Shown here: positions 1 through 10,117 of the stretch, in pieces
Layout of the letters: each line of letters opens with the position of its first letter
Position numbering within the stretch: the stretch's first letter is position 1
NCBI GenBank assembly: GCA_965222415.1
Contig: CBDCTU010000001.1
Location: 369,648-433,647 of the forward strand
Reading direction: 5' to 3'
From: Dehalococcoidia bacterium
GTDB lineage: Bacteria; Chloroflexota; Dehalococcoidia; Lucifugimonadales; UBA2985
DNA: 64,000 bases
The notes under the pieces: model-generated
What the model was told of the DNA's origin: nothing
What the model saw: the letters and a program-made list of their open reading frames with translations, nothing else
Database searches by the model: none
Translations under genes and position numbers: made by a program

Positions 1-993
1 ACGCCGCGAGAAGACGTACATCTGCATGGCGAATAGCTCGTCAAAAGCCAGGCGCCGCCGCGCCTCCTCCTTGGCGGCTTCATCCGCGGGATAGTGCGCC
101 TGCAAAATGGCCTGGGACAGGTCCAGTATCTCGGCGCGCCTGCGCAGTGACTCCGGCAAATGGTCATCAATGCGAATCCCCCACGTGTTCAAGGTCTCAT
201 TGACGATACGGCGCAGGGTTCGCTGCGGGAGCCCCTCGCTCAGGGGATACACCGGAACCTGCTTGCCGGCATTCCCCGGCTCCTCACCCTCCTGCAGGGT
301 CTCGTACTCCGGGGACTCCATAACCTTTGATCCCATAAACACGCTCACCCTGCCGCTGATGAGCAGCCTGGTCCCCGGCTTGAAGCGCTTCGCCAGGTAT
401 GGCTGGTTGAACCAAACCACCCTCAGGTTCCCGGTATCGTCCCCGGCCACTGCCTCCGTAGCCCTGATGCGCCCGCCCAGCAGCGTCTCTCTGGCTTCCC
501 AGACGTTCACCATCACCGTCTGCTCGGCGTCTATCTCCAACTCGGAGACCTTCAGAAGCTGGCCGAAGTCGTTGTGCCGACGGGGAAACAGGTACAGGAG
601 GTCTCTGATTGTATGTACGCCCAGGCGCTTCAGCTTGCCTTCCACGGTGGGCGTGACCCTGGGTAGCGCCGATACCGGCGAGGCCAGAGAGTGCTCAGGT
701 GAAGGCTCCTGCTTGGGGGAGGACCGCGCTCTGGGAGAAGAGGCCTTCTTTTTGGGTGGGCTTACACCCGTCTCCAACGCCGTCAGCGCATTATCGATCC
801 ACTTGCGCCTCTGAGCCGCCTTCAGGCTAGCGTACTCCTCCGGCAAAGGCTCAATGAGCGAGTCGGCCGCTCGCCCTTCCACCCAACGCGCCAGGAAGCG
901 GTCAAGCCCTCCGACGACGGCGGTGTTCTTGTACCCCTTGCTCTTCTCCAGGGAGAGCACCTTCTTCAGCGTATCCAGCTCAGTCGATGTCAT
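1..993 (-). CDS. recG: ATP-dependent DNA helicase RecG, N-terminal part (continues past window start)
   Basis: Absent from the ORF track because it runs off the edge. Minus-strand translation from the ATG (complement of 991-993) gives MTSTELDTLKKVLSLEKSKGYKNTAVVGGLDRFL...VMVNVWEARETLLGGRIRATEAVAGDDTGNLRVVWFNQPYLAKRFKPGTRLLISGRV, which is RecG wedge/OB-like. Confidence 0.7.
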   Translation of the reverse strand, partial: MTSTELDTLKKVLSLEKSKGYKNTAVVGGLDRFLARWVEGRAADSLIEPLPEEYASLKAAQRRKWIDNALTALETGVSPPKKKASSPRARSSPKQEPSPEHSLASPVSALPRVTPTVEGKLKRLGVHTIRDLLYLFPRRHNDFGQLLKVSELEIDAEQTVMVNVWEARETLLGGRIRATEAVAGDDTGNLRVVWFNQPYLAKRFKPGTRLLISGRVSVFMGSKVMESPEYETLQEGEEPGNAGKQVPVYPLSEGLPQRTLRRIVNETLNTWGIRIDDHLPESLRRRAEILDLSQAILQAHYPADEAAKEEARRRLAFDELFAMQMYVFSRR

Positions 994-1139
994 AACAGAC
1001 CAATGTAAACGCGCCTCGGTTCTGTACCAGACTCCCGCAATGGGAGGTCATTAACACACCAAAATTCCGGTCTTATAGTACCCATTCTCCCGTCTGGAGA
1101 CCACCGTAAAACTCCCGTATCTCCCAATAGAAAAGCAGC

Positions 1140-1330
1140 ATTTCCCATTCCTGCGGAAGGAGACATTTGCGTAACTCATTTGTCGGGACACAGAGCCTCT
1201 TCCCCCTCGAGGGGGAAGATTGAGATGGGGGTGAATCGTGTGTGGACACACCGCTTGTTTGCCCCCATCCTGACCTTCCCCCGCAAACGGGGGAAGGGAT
1301 TTAGGACTATTCAAAGGTCTCTGCCCATTG
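1140..1330. repeat. REP-like composite palindromic element
   Basis: Nested hairpins (cttccccc-tcga-gggggaag; gatggggg...cccccatc; ccttccccc-gcaaac-gggggaagg) are flanked by inverted arms ggagacatttg / caaaggtctc. The same arms occur in repeats at 22.2, 24.2 and 58.9-59.2 kb. Confidence 0.6.
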
Positions 1331-1458
1331 GTGAAGGCCAGGATAGGAGTGAAACTGGGGGCCAATAGATCTACGCACAGGTCACCCGCACTCCCAACTA
1401 GCGCCAGACCTCGACGGAACAATGCCCTTGACAGGCGGGGGCGAGGCAGTTCCTCCAC

Positions 1459-2310
1459 CTAAGGAGCGCCCTCGGACTGCTTCCTGAAGGCCACACCAAG
1501 CACGCCCGGACCCAGATACGTTCCCACAACCGGTCCAACCTGGCTCAGTATCACCTCGCCCTGCGGAAGGAACGACTGAAGGCGCTGGGCCAGGGCCCTG
1601 GCCTCATCCGGCGTAGTAGTATATACCACCGCCAGGTCCTTCAGCGGCATCTCCGTCTGCACCAGCTCGCAAATTCTGTCGACGCCCTTGGCGCGAGTGC
1701 GGGCGCGCTCCAGGGGATGGGCCTCTCCGTCCCGGATGGTCAGCAGGGGCTTGATACGCAGAAGAGACCCCACAAAGGCCTGGGCTTTGCCTATACGCCC
1801 GCCCTTTTCCAGGTACTCCAGTGTGTCCACCAGACCTATGAACCCGACGTTGGGCAAAGCGGCCCTGGTCTCCGTCACCACGTCGTCGAGGCTGCCGCCG
1901 CGACGGGCTGCCTCGGCGGCGGCAATTGCCAACATACCCAGTCCCATCGACCCCTGCAACGAGTCGATTATCTCGATTCGACACTCCCCGCCGTACTCCT
2001 CCCTTGCCTGGGTTGCGGAGTTCATTGTACCGCTCAGCTTGGCGGAGATGTGGACCGAAATAATCTCGTCCGTGGTCTGCCCCATCTCGTCGTAAGCGCT
2101 GAGGAAATCGCCCGGCGTGGGCTGGGACGTGGTGGGCAGCCGGGATGCGGTCACAAGCCGACGGTAGAACTCGTCCGCAGTGATCTCAACTCCGTCCCGG
2201 TACACCTCAGTGCCGAAGTGAACGTTCAGAGGGACAACCGTTATCCCCAGCTCCTCCGCCAGAGCGGGTGGCAGGTCCGCAGTGCTGTCCGTAATAACCT
2301 TTACCGTCAT
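1459..2310 (-). CDS. DegV family fatty-acid-binding protein (FakB-like)
   Basis: MTVKVITDSTADLP...HFGTEVYRDGVEIT is a typical DegV N-terminus. GAGGAG RBS precedes the ATG at 2310, directly downstream of the DAK2 gene. Confidence 0.85.
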   Translation of the reverse strand: MTVKVITDSTADLPPALAEELGITVVPLNVHFGTEVYRDGVEITADEFYRRLVTASRLPTTSQPTPGDFLSAYDEMGQTTDEIISVHISAKLSGTMNSATQAREEYGGECRIEIIDSLQGSMGLGMLAIAAAEAARRGGSLDDVVTETRAALPNVGFIGLVDTLEYLEKGGRIGKAQAFVGSLLRIKPLLTIRDGEAHPLERARTRAKGVDRICELVQTEMPLKDLAVVYTTTPDEARALAQRLQSFLPQGEVILSQVGPVVGTYLGPGVLGVAFRKQSEGAP

Positions 2311-2321
2311 ATTTGAACTCC

Positions 2322-3974
2322 TCACTCCACTGATAGTATGTAGTTATAGTGGGGCTGGCCTCCAAAGACCACTTCCACCTCCACGTCCTGGAAGCGTTCC
2401 CGCAGCTCCTCGCTAGCTCCGTCGGCCTCTGCCTCTTGGGTATCGGCGCCCCAGTATAGTGTAATCAGGGAACCGGAGTCCGGGCCGATCTTCGCCACCA
2501 AGTCGCAAAGCACACCGGTGCGGTCATCTCCGGAAATAATCATGCGGCGCTCCAGAAGGCCCATGACCTGGCCTTCCGCTACCTTGACCCCGCCCAACTC
2601 CGCGTCTCTCTGGGCGTTGCATACTGCGCCGGACACGACCGACGAGATAGACTGCTCCATGTCCCTCACGTTCCCCTCGAAATCCTGCAGCGGGTTGAAG
2701 GACAGCAGAGCGGATATGCCTTGGGGTATGCTCTCCGTGGGAATGACAGTTACCTGCCTGGACGAGAGGGAGAGCGCCTGCTCCGCCGCCGCGACTATGT
2801 TGGGGTTGTTGGGAAGGAGGATAACACGCTCCGCTGCGACACCCTCCACGGCGTCCAGTATCTCGCGGGTGCTGGGGTTCATGGTGTCTCCGCCGGAGAG
2901 CACGGAGGCGGCGCCGGAACCGAGGAAGACCTCCGCGAGACCCTCGCCGGAAGCTATCGCCAGGACTCCCACCGGCTGAAGCTCCTGCTTCCCCCGACGC
3001 GCAGCCATGAACTCCTGGTGCTGCTCATCCATGTTGACGATGCTCACCTGGGACAGAGTGCCCAGAGACACCCCGTAGCTCACAACCGGGCCTGGGTCCT
3101 CGGCGTGGACGTGTATTCTGACCACGCCGTCGCCGCCTATCACCACCGTAGAGCCGGCCAGCGACTCCATCTGCTCTCTGACGTCGTCCGGGTTCAGGTC
3201 TTCCCCCTGGATGAGGAACTGTGTGCAATACCCGTACAGGTCCTCTTCTGTGGCATCAATGAAAGCCTCACTGACTGCCTGGGCGGTCGCTGCACTTACG
3301 TCCAACTCAGGAGCCGTTAGCTCTATGGCCCCAAGCTCCTCTTCGCGAAGTCCCGACAGCGCCCCTTCCATAATGACGGACAGGCCAAGGCCGCCGGCGT
3401 CCACCACTCCTGCTTCTCGCAGCACCGGAAGAAGTGTGGGCGTCTTCGCAACCGATTTCCTTGCAGCCTGGCACACGGCATCCCACATCTCTATAACATC
3501 GACGCCGCGGTCGGCCTCCTGCCGAGCGGCCTCGGCCATCTCGCGAATGACCGTAAGCATGGTGCCCTCCACCGGATTGCCCACCGCTTTGTAGGCGGCT
3601 GCGGAACCTTCCGCAAGGGCTGACGCCAGGTCCTGTGCGCTGAACCGGTCTATGCCATCCAGTCCCCTGGCCAACCCCTGAAAGAACTGGGCAAGTATCA
3701 CGCCGCTGTTTCCACGGGCCCCCAACAGAGCGCCACGGGCCATAGCGGTCACGGATCCCGGAGAGATAGGACCGCCAATATTGGCAGGTTCCTCCTCCAG
3801 CGCCTTCATGGTCAGCAGCATATTGGTGCCCGTGTCGCCGTCCGGCACAGGGAAGACGTTGAGGGCGTTGATGGCTTCCACATTGTCCTCAAGAGCCCTG
3901 CGGCCCTGAACAAGGATACGCCGCAGGTCTTCACTGTCGATGGAGGTAATTGTCGATTCCGCGCCTCTTGCCAT
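2322..3974 (-). CDS. DAK2-domain protein (YloV/FakA-like fatty acid kinase subunit)
   Basis: 550 aa with a DhaL-type N-terminus (FPVPDGDTGTNMLLT). Pairing with degV and proximity to rpmB/recG is the common yloV context. Confidence 0.8.
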   Translation of the reverse strand: MARGAESTITSIDSEDLRRILVQGRRALEDNVEAINALNVFPVPDGDTGTNMLLTMKALEEEPANIGGPISPGSVTAMARGALLGARGNSGVILAQFFQGLARGLDGIDRFSAQDLASALAEGSAAAYKAVGNPVEGTMLTVIREMAEAARQEADRGVDVIEMWDAVCQAARKSVAKTPTLLPVLREAGVVDAGGLGLSVIMEGALSGLREEELGAIELTAPELDVSAATAQAVSEAFIDATEEDLYGYCTQFLIQGEDLNPDDVREQMESLAGSTVVIGGDGVVRIHVHAEDPGPVVSYGVSLGTLSQVSIVNMDEQHQEFMAARRGKQELQPVGVLAIASGEGLAEVFLGSGAASVLSGGDTMNPSTREILDAVEGVAAERVILLPNNPNIVAAAEQALSLSSRQVTVIPTESIPQGISALLSFNPLQDFEGNVRDMEQSISSVVSGAVCNAQRDAELGGVKVAEGQVMGLLERRMIISGDDRTGVLCDLVAKIGPDSGSLITLYWGADTQEAEADGASEELRERFQDVEVEVVFGGQPHYNYILSVE

Positions 3975-4156
3975 GTGAGCAAACCTCGTGGCAACGGCAA
4001 CGCTGGGTTGGGCATTGCCAAATTCGGAAGCATCTGATAGGATTCCTTCTGGATTCTACAGGAACGGCAATATTCCGTCAAACCGCTCCGGGCAGCGAGC
4101 TTTGTCCCCGCTCAGGGGAGCCGAACGCCGCCGGAGAGGAAACAAAGAGGAAAGTC

Positions 4157-4342
4157 ATGGCCAAGTGCGATATGTGCGGCAAGATAGGCCACGCAGGCAA
4201 TAACGTGAGTCACTCCAAGCGGAGAACCAAGACCCGCTTCTTGCCCAACATCCAGCGTACCACTCTGGAGATCAAGGGCAACCGCCGCCGCGCCACCGTA
4301 TGCACCCGCTGCATGCGGACCCAACGCAGGATTCCCGCATAA
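4157..4342 (+). CDS. rpmB: 50S ribosomal protein L28
   Basis: MAKCDMCGKIGHAGNNVSHSKRRTKTRFLPNIQ matches the L28 signature. The track ORF 3950-4342 has a spurious N-terminal extension. Confidence 0.9.
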   Translation: MAKCDMCGKIGHAGNNVSHSKRRTKTRFLPNIQRTTLEIKGNRRRATVCTRCMRTQRRIPA

Positions 4343-4433
4343 GGCCGCGGCCCAATAGAAGCCTCCGGCTGACCTGACTGCGTCGCCGGGGTGCCCTGCG
4401 TCCTGAGACTCCCTTGGCTCCTACTCCAGCGCC

Positions 4434-5078
4434 CTAGACTATACTGCCGCCGGACAGGAACGGGTTGGTCAGCTTCTCCCTCGCTATGCTGGTGTCGGGG
4501 CCATGACCGGGATACACCTTGGTGTCCGCAGGCAGCGTCATTATCTTGGTGAAGATGCCCAGAACGAGCTGCCGCCCATCGCCCTCCGGCGTGTCAAACC
4601 TTCCCACGCTTCCCTGAAACAGGGTGTCGCCGGTGAACACCGCGCCGCCGCCGTAGTAGCAGACACCGCCCTTGGTGTGGCCCGGCGTCTCGATGGCCTT
4701 AAGCTCAACGTCTCCCAGATTGAACACGTCGCCGTCCTTGACGAATATGTCCGGGTCCGGCGGCTCTTTCGAACCCGGTATCATCAGGGACATCCACTGG
4801 CTGTCACGGCTCAGCAGTTCAACGTCCGCTTCGTGGATGCCGTAGCTAGCGCCGGTGGCCTCCTTGAGGTCAGCCACCGCTCCAATGTGATCTCCGTGGC
4901 CGTGGGTGTTCAGAATGTACTTGACCGTCAGCCCCTGGCTCTCCACCTCCTCCAGGATGCGATCAGCCTCCGCGCCGGGATCTATGATCACGCACTCCTT
5001 GGTCTCCTCCGACCCCACAATGTATGTGTTCTCCTGCATGGCACCACCCACCACCAACGGTACAATAAGCATCGGCAT
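4434..5078 (-). CDS. MBL-fold metallohydrolase (glyoxalase II-like)
   Basis: HTHGHGDHIG (HxHxDH) motif and later TPGHT/H residues. The true start may be the ATG at 5072. Confidence 0.8.
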   Translation of the reverse strand: MPMLIVPLVVGGAMQENTYIVGSEETKECVIIDPGAEADRILEEVESQGLTVKYILNTHGHGDHIGAVADLKEATGASYGIHEADVELLSRDSQWMSLMIPGSKEPPDPDIFVKDGDVFNLGDVELKAIETPGHTKGGVCYYGGGAVFTGDTLFQGSVGRFDTPEGDGRQLVLGIFTKIMTLPADTKVYPGHGPDTSIAREKLTNPFLSGGSIV

Positions 5079-5391
5079 CTCCTCTAATGACGTGTATCGG
5101 CGTGGCTACATTCTTGGAAAATAACGTGCTGCTGTCAAGAAGGTTGCACAGGATAGCGTAATTGTTTCTTAAGCTCTCATTGTTGACTCATATCTGAGGT
5201 AGGTCTAAGATGGGCTGTGGCGCAAGTCGCGTCTTTGGCCTCAAACACGCCGCAAGCTCCTGCCAGACCCGGAAGCCAGGCTTTGTGTACAGGCAAGGAA
5301 GGATGTCTCTTTGGCGAATAACGGGGAACATCCACCTCTTCCACCCGACGGGGGAGGCGACCGGGAGGACACAGGTCGCCAGGAGGAAGCG

Positions 5392-6903
5392 ATGCGCGTT
5401 GCGGCCGCCGGCGGCTCCGGACGGCGGGGCCGCGACGAAGACCTGAGCAACGCCACCACTGAAGAGATCCTGGACGTACAGCTGAAGTCGCACGGTGGAG
5501 GCGGCAGAGGAGGAGGAGGAGGAGGGGGCGGCAGACGGCGCTCTGCATACGCCACCCGCGACCTCACCCAGGGCAGCATATCCAGGAACCTGTGGTTCCT
5601 CGCTTGGCCCCAGATGATAGAGGGCACCCTGAACATGTTGGACAGGGTAGCGGACCTCTTCTGGGCCGGGCGTTTCCTTGGCTTCCACGCCGTGGCAGGC
5701 CTCGCCGTTGCCCAGCTGTACACCAACCTTGTCATGACGGGTCGCATGGGCCTGGACACGGGAATGCAGGCGATGATAGCCAGGGCCATCGGGGCGAATC
5801 GCCTGCAACTGGCAAACCACGTAGCGCTCCAGGCCTTCACCATCACCGGCTTATTCTCCATTCTGATGGCAACCGTCGGCTTCCTGTTCACAGACTTCCT
5901 TCTGGGGATAATGGGGGTGAGCCAGGACGTGGTTGAGGTAGCCAGCGCCTATATGCGAATCCAGTTCATAGGCTTTGGGGGCCAGGCCTTCCGCATGATG
6001 ACAGGCAGCGCTCTTCAGGCCGCCGGCGACCCCATGACGCCCATGAAGGCGACTACCATCTCCCGCGTGGCGCACATCATCCTTACACCCGTGCTGTTCC
6101 TGGGCTTGGGCTGGTTCCCGCAGTACGATCTGGCGGGCGCGGCCCTGGCAAACGTGATAGCCCAGGCCCTGGGAGTGGCCTGGAACACTCAAGCCCTCTT
6201 CAGGGGGACATCGAGACTCCATCTGAGCCTGCGTAACTACTACGTGGACTTCCCCCTTCTGGTCCGTCTGGTCCGCATCGGCGCTCCGGCCTCCGGCACG
6301 GGAATGGAGCGCTCCATAGTCCACCTGCTTCTGGCGCGCCTGGTGACGCCATTTGGAGACGTCGCCCTCGCGGCCTACGGTATCACCAGGAACCTGGAGA
6401 TGTTCACCGCTATGGGGAGCATGGGCCTGGGGCGGGCCTCCGGCACCCTGGTAGGCCAGAATCTCGGCGCAGGAAACGTCGACCGAGCCAGGAAGACCAT
6501 CCTGTGGGCCATTTGCTACATAACTGTGATACGAGGATCATTTGCCATCCTGCTCCTGATATTCCCCGCTCTTTTCATATCCATATTCAACAGCGATCCC
6601 GAGCTCATGGAGGTCGCGGTCTGGTGGGTGCGCATTCAAGCGTTATCGGGGTTGGTTATGGGAAGCGGCATGGTGTTCCAGCAGTCCTTTAACGTTGCGG
6701 GTGATACCGTCGCGCCCATGGTCGTTACCTTCATAGCAATGGTGGCAGTGGAGCTTCCCCTGGCCTTTGCCCTGTCCCAGTGGACGCCTATGGGACAATT
6801 CGGAATCCCACTGGCAATCACCGTAGCTATGGTGGTCAGGACCGCCGTCTACTTCCCCTACTTCTTGAAGGGCAGATGGACTCGCGTTAAAGTAATGGAC
6901 TAG
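5392..6903 (+). CDS. MATE family efflux transporter with Gly/Arg-rich N-terminal extension
   Basis: Multi-TM protein with a MATE-like start (RNLWFLAWPQMIEGTLNM). AGGAGG RBS precedes the ATG at 5392. The start could also be 5311. Confidence 0.75.
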   Translation: MRVAAAGGSGRRGRDEDLSNATTEEILDVQLKSHGGGGRGGGGGGGGRRRSAYATRDLTQGSISRNLWFLAWPQMIEGTLNMLDRVADLFWAGRFLGFHAVAGLAVAQLYTNLVMTGRMGLDTGMQAMIARAIGANRLQLANHVALQAFTITGLFSILMATVGFLFTDFLLGIMGVSQDVVEVASAYMRIQFIGFGGQAFRMMTGSALQAAGDPMTPMKATTISRVAHIILTPVLFLGLGWFPQYDLAGAALANVIAQALGVAWNTQALFRGTSRLHLSLRNYYVDFPLLVRLVRIGAPASGTGMERSIVHLLLARLVTPFGDVALAAYGITRNLEMFTAMGSMGLGRASGTLVGQNLGAGNVDRARKTILWAICYITVIRGSFAILLLIFPALFISIFNSDPELMEVAVWWVRIQALSGLVMGSGMVFQQSFNVAGDTVAPMVVTFIAMVAVELPLAFALSQWTPMGQFGIPLAITVAMVVRTAVYFPYFLKGRWTRVKVMD

Positions 6904-6956
6904 GGCGTGCGCCGCGAAGCAATCGCCGTAGCAGTGCGACTTTTGGGAGTGAACGC

Positions 6957-8069
6957 GTGCGTATTCTCGCCATAGACGTAGGCACCGGCACACAGGACAT
7001 CCTGCTATTCGATTCGACCAGGGCCGTTGAGAACTCGGTGCAGATGGTCATGCCCGCCCCAACCGTAATCGCGGCGGGAAGAATCCGCGAGGCTACGACG
7101 GCGCGACGGCCCCTAGTTCTCACTGGGACCAACATGGGAGGCGGCCCTGTCACCGGCGCCGTTCAGGAGCACATCGCGGCGGGCCTTCCGGCATACGTGA
7201 CCCCGGCAGCAGCCGTCACCTTCGACGACGATCCGGAGATGGTGCGGGGCATGGGCCTCACCATAGTGTCGGAGGATGAAATCAGCCGCCTCGACGGGAC
7301 CCGCGTGGCGCTGAGAGACTTGGACCTGGAGATGGTGCGCCAGGCCCTGCGAGCCTTCGAGGTGAAGCCCGACTGGGACGCCATTGCTGTAGCGGTTTTC
7401 GACCACGGGAATTCTCCGCCCGGCTACAGCGACAGGCGGTTCCGCTTCGACCACCTCCGGCAACAGGTGCTGGGCCAGCGCCAGGACGTTTTCTCCTTCA
7501 TCTATATGGCGGAGGATGTGCCGGACTACCTAACGAGGATGCGCGCCGTCGCGGAAACGGCCGGCGGCGATGTCCCACTGCTAATGGTTGACACGGCTGA
7601 GGCTGCGGTGCTCGGCTCCCTGGAGGACGACCACGTCGCGGCGCATCAGTGCAAGGTGGTTGCCAACCTCGGCAACGAACACACACTCGCCTTCCATCTT
7701 CACGGGACCACCATCCTGGGCCTCTTCGAGCACCACACACACATGCTGACCAGGGAGCGCCTTGAGGAGCACCTGCTGGAGCTGGTCAGGGGTGACGTGG
7801 ACGGCGACACCATATGGAGAGAACAGGGGCACGGCGCAATTGTGGTCCAGGGCGGCGAGGAGCTGGGTTTCCTCAGCGTCATTGGCCCCATGCGAGGGTT
7901 GCTGGAGAGATCGCGACTGAAGCCTTATTTCGCAACGCCCCACGGCTCCATGATGCTTGCGGGCTGCTTCGGGCTTGTCCGCGCCTGGGCGGAGCGAATA
8001 CCCTCAAGCCGAGACGAGGTCCTCCACGCCCTGCACACAATGGGCGAGGACATAGGCCACGCGCACTAG
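6957..8069 (+). CDS. ASKHA-fold protein, DUF1786-like
   Basis: MRILAIDVGTGTQDILLFD is an actin/sugar-kinase-type phosphate-1 motif. The family name is from memory, not a search. Confidence 0.45.
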   Translation: MRILAIDVGTGTQDILLFDSTRAVENSVQMVMPAPTVIAAGRIREATTARRPLVLTGTNMGGGPVTGAVQEHIAAGLPAYVTPAAAVTFDDDPEMVRGMGLTIVSEDEISRLDGTRVALRDLDLEMVRQALRAFEVKPDWDAIAVAVFDHGNSPPGYSDRRFRFDHLRQQVLGQRQDVFSFIYMAEDVPDYLTRMRAVAETAGGDVPLLMVDTAEAAVLGSLEDDHVAAHQCKVVANLGNEHTLAFHLHGTTILGLFEHHTHMLTRERLEEHLLELVRGDVDGDTIWREQGHGAIVVQGGEELGFLSVIGPMRGLLERSRLKPYFATPHGSMMLAGCFGLVRAWAERIPSSRDEVLHALHTMGEDIGHAH

Positions 8070-8707
8070 GAGCCCTGTGCCTCCATCGCAGAACGCTGCC
8101 TGACCACCCAATCATCCAGCCAGCGGCGGAACTGGTCCAAGGCCGGCGGCGCGACATAGAACACGTCAACGTCGGCGGGGAACTGCACCTGGTGCCGCTC
8201 GTTAATGATCAGCAGGCCAACCTCGTCCTGCCCAAGGGTTTCGTCAATACGACCGGCTATGTGCTCGTAGCGCCTGCGCACGGAGTCGTTGAACCACTCG
8301 CGGAGCTGAATGGCCACCTTTTCGCTGCTGAACGGCACCATCAGGCACCTCTGGAGGTCCAGAGTCTCCCACAGCCCCTCCGCGTCCTCGGTGGCCTCAA
8401 GAGTTGCCCCCGCCTCGTACCATTCCCGCACAAGGGCTAAGCTCGGCGTCTCACCGGCCTCCAGGCTCCGTATCCCATCTTCGCCGCCCTGGACTACGCT
8501 CTCGTGATAGATGTGCTTTACAGGCCCGAGTCCCGCCTCCAGGGACGAGACTTGGGACCGCGTCTGCTCCCAGAAAGCGTTGAGGATGGCCACGCCCTCT
8601 TCCTCCAGGGTTGGCGGGTGGTACAGCTGAGGCACGAGCAGCAACTTCCTCTTGCCCCGGAAGTCCTCCGCGGATGGCCTCTCGATGCGTCCAAACTCCT
8701 GCGTCAT
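8066..8707 (-). CDS. hypothetical protein
   Basis: 213 aa ORF with an AGGGGA RBS and protein-like composition. Its end overlaps the end of 6957-8069 convergently by 4 nt. Confidence 0.5.
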   Translation of the reverse strand: MTQEFGRIERPSAEDFRGKRKLLLVPQLYHPPTLEEEGVAILNAFWEQTRSQVSSLEAGLGPVKHIYHESVVQGGEDGIRSLEAGETPSLALVREWYEAGATLEATEDAEGLWETLDLQRCLMVPFSSEKVAIQLREWFNDSVRRRYEHIAGRIDETLGQDEVGLLIINERHQVQFPADVDVFYVAPPALDQFRRWLDDWVVRQRSAMEAQGS

Positions 8708-8737
8708 CTGCTTATTCCCCTGAGAACCTGGGCAGCC

Positions 8738-9283
8738 CTACAGTGTGATCGACCCCCGGAGACCCAGGAGTCCCTTGATGTACTCCATCTCGCCCATGTG
8801 ACGGTTGTCATGTCCGTAGATGTGAGTGATTATGAGCTGTCCGCGGCTGAGACCTGTTGTGCGCTCAACGTGGCTCACGGTCTGGGCCATCTCCTCCGGG
8901 TCCAGGCCGGCCACAAAGTCCTCCACCTCTCTCCAAACACGTTGAGCATAGGCAAGGATGTCCTCCTTGGGCGGAAAAACAAGATCTGTCGCCTCCTCGT
9001 CCGAGAGCAGCATACCCGTGCTCTCAGAGTCCATCCCCCAGCGCTCCGCCCATCCCTCCTCGTCCCAAATCTCCGGGCGGCCCTGGACGTGGGCGCGCAG
9101 ATAGTTGTCGTCGCACCTGGCGATGTGCCAAAGGGCGAAGGCCAGGCAGTGTGCGCCGGGCATTGGCGACCAGCGCAACAGCTCGTCGCTTAGGTCGGAA
9201 ACCAATACCTGAAGCCTGTCGTGAAGCTGGCGGAGTCCCCATGTCATCACGAAAGCCGAATCGCCGAGCTGTTGGTCTGCCAA
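8738..9283 (-). CDS. DinB/YfiT-like metal-dependent hydrolase family protein
   Basis: Four-helix DinB-like pattern with conserved His residues (FALWHIARCDDNYL ... ITHIYGHDNRHMGEM). AGGAGG RBS, TTG start. Confidence 0.6.
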   Translation of the reverse strand: MADQQLGDSAFVMTWGLRQLHDRLQVLVSDLSDELLRWSPMPGAHCLAFALWHIARCDDNYLRAHVQGRPEIWDEEGWAERWGMDSESTGMLLSDEEATDLVFPPKEDILAYAQRVWREVEDFVAGLDPEEMAQTVSHVERTTGLSRGQLIITHIYGHDNRHMGEMEYIKGLLGLRGSITL

Positions 9284-9314
9284 GCCAAGGACCTCCTGTT
9301 AGTGGGGCGTCCTG

Positions 9315-10058
9315 CTAGAGTCCCACAATGGGGTCTCGGAACTGCTGGAGTATCTCCTTCAAGTCCCCTCCAGGCGTGGTCCCATGCAGGCTTCTGGCGA
9401 TGGCTTGAATGTCCAGATGGCGGCTGTGCTCAATGGGAGGCTGCCACGCTCCAAGAAGAGGGGCTATGGACTCGAAGTCGTCCAGGTCCCACTGCGGCAG
9501 AATCTCCTCAGCCCAGACCGACCTGTCGATGTGTATGGTAACGTCGTCACTGCGGCGGATGGGACCGAAGGTGTCGCGCGCCAGGCCCAGGGATTTCAGT
9601 GTCTCCCTTCGCCCTTCATCGGGGACGTCGTCAGTCGCCACGCTGCCCACCATGGTTGCCTGGACGTGGAGAATCAACGGCACATCTCCTCCCCGTCTTG
9701 TCCTCTCCATCAGCCGGGCCGACTGAGAGGAAATGGGGATCCTGATGCAGTCCGGCTTGGAGTCCTGCGTGGAGAACTCCGGAAGGGACGGCGCCAGCAA
9801 TCTGGGCCCGCGCTCCTGCGGCATCCACAGCTCAGCGTAAAGGTAGGACAGGTCCCATTTCAGGACGCCCGGCTCTCCCTCCGCCTGGCGGTACTCGAAG
9901 GGTATGCGTATACCCATTTCCTGCGGCGACAGGGCCGACACCCGGTCCTCGCGCAGGTACATATTGTAGTCGATTCCCGATTCGCTGTGAAAGCGCGCAA
10001 TTACCAAGTTGACACCTCTGCATTGTACTGAGGGGTGTGCAGGGAATCGCTCCTGCAC
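9315..10058 (-). CDS. hypothetical protein
   Basis: 247 aa ORF with no motif I recognise. Start uncertain. Confidence 0.45.
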   Translation of the reverse strand: MQERFPAHPSVQCRGVNLVIARFHSESGIDYNMYLREDRVSALSPQEMGIRIPFEYRQAEGEPGVLKWDLSYLYAELWMPQERGPRLLAPSLPEFSTQDSKPDCIRIPISSQSARLMERTRRGGDVPLILHVQATMVGSVATDDVPDEGRRETLKSLGLARDTFGPIRRSDDVTIHIDRSVWAEEILPQWDLDDFESIAPLLGAWQPPIEHSRHLDIQAIARSLHGTTPGGDLKEILQQFRDPIVGL

Positions 10059-10117
10059 ACCCGTCCGTATGGATAACTGAAGTCAGGCAACCATCCCAAA
10101 GGACGGTCGGCCATGAA

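Noticed and set aside
107-814. 235 aa plus-strand ORF at the window start
   Set aside because: Ser/Arg/Pro-rich composition typical of the antisense frame of a GC-rich gene. The opposite strand gives a convincing RecG N-terminus.
1051-1458. 135 aa minus-strand ORF (and the 62 aa plus-strand ORF) in the recG-degV gap
   Set aside because: It is built almost entirely from REP-like hairpin repeats (PPRGGRGS-type translation), has no RBS, and the same DNA modules recur non-coding elsewhere.
5188-5891. Two ~210 aa minus-strand ORFs upstream of and overlapping the MATE gene
   Set aside because: Pro/Arg-rich low-complexity translations driven by the (GGA)n tract and GC-rich antisense reading. No motifs or RBS.
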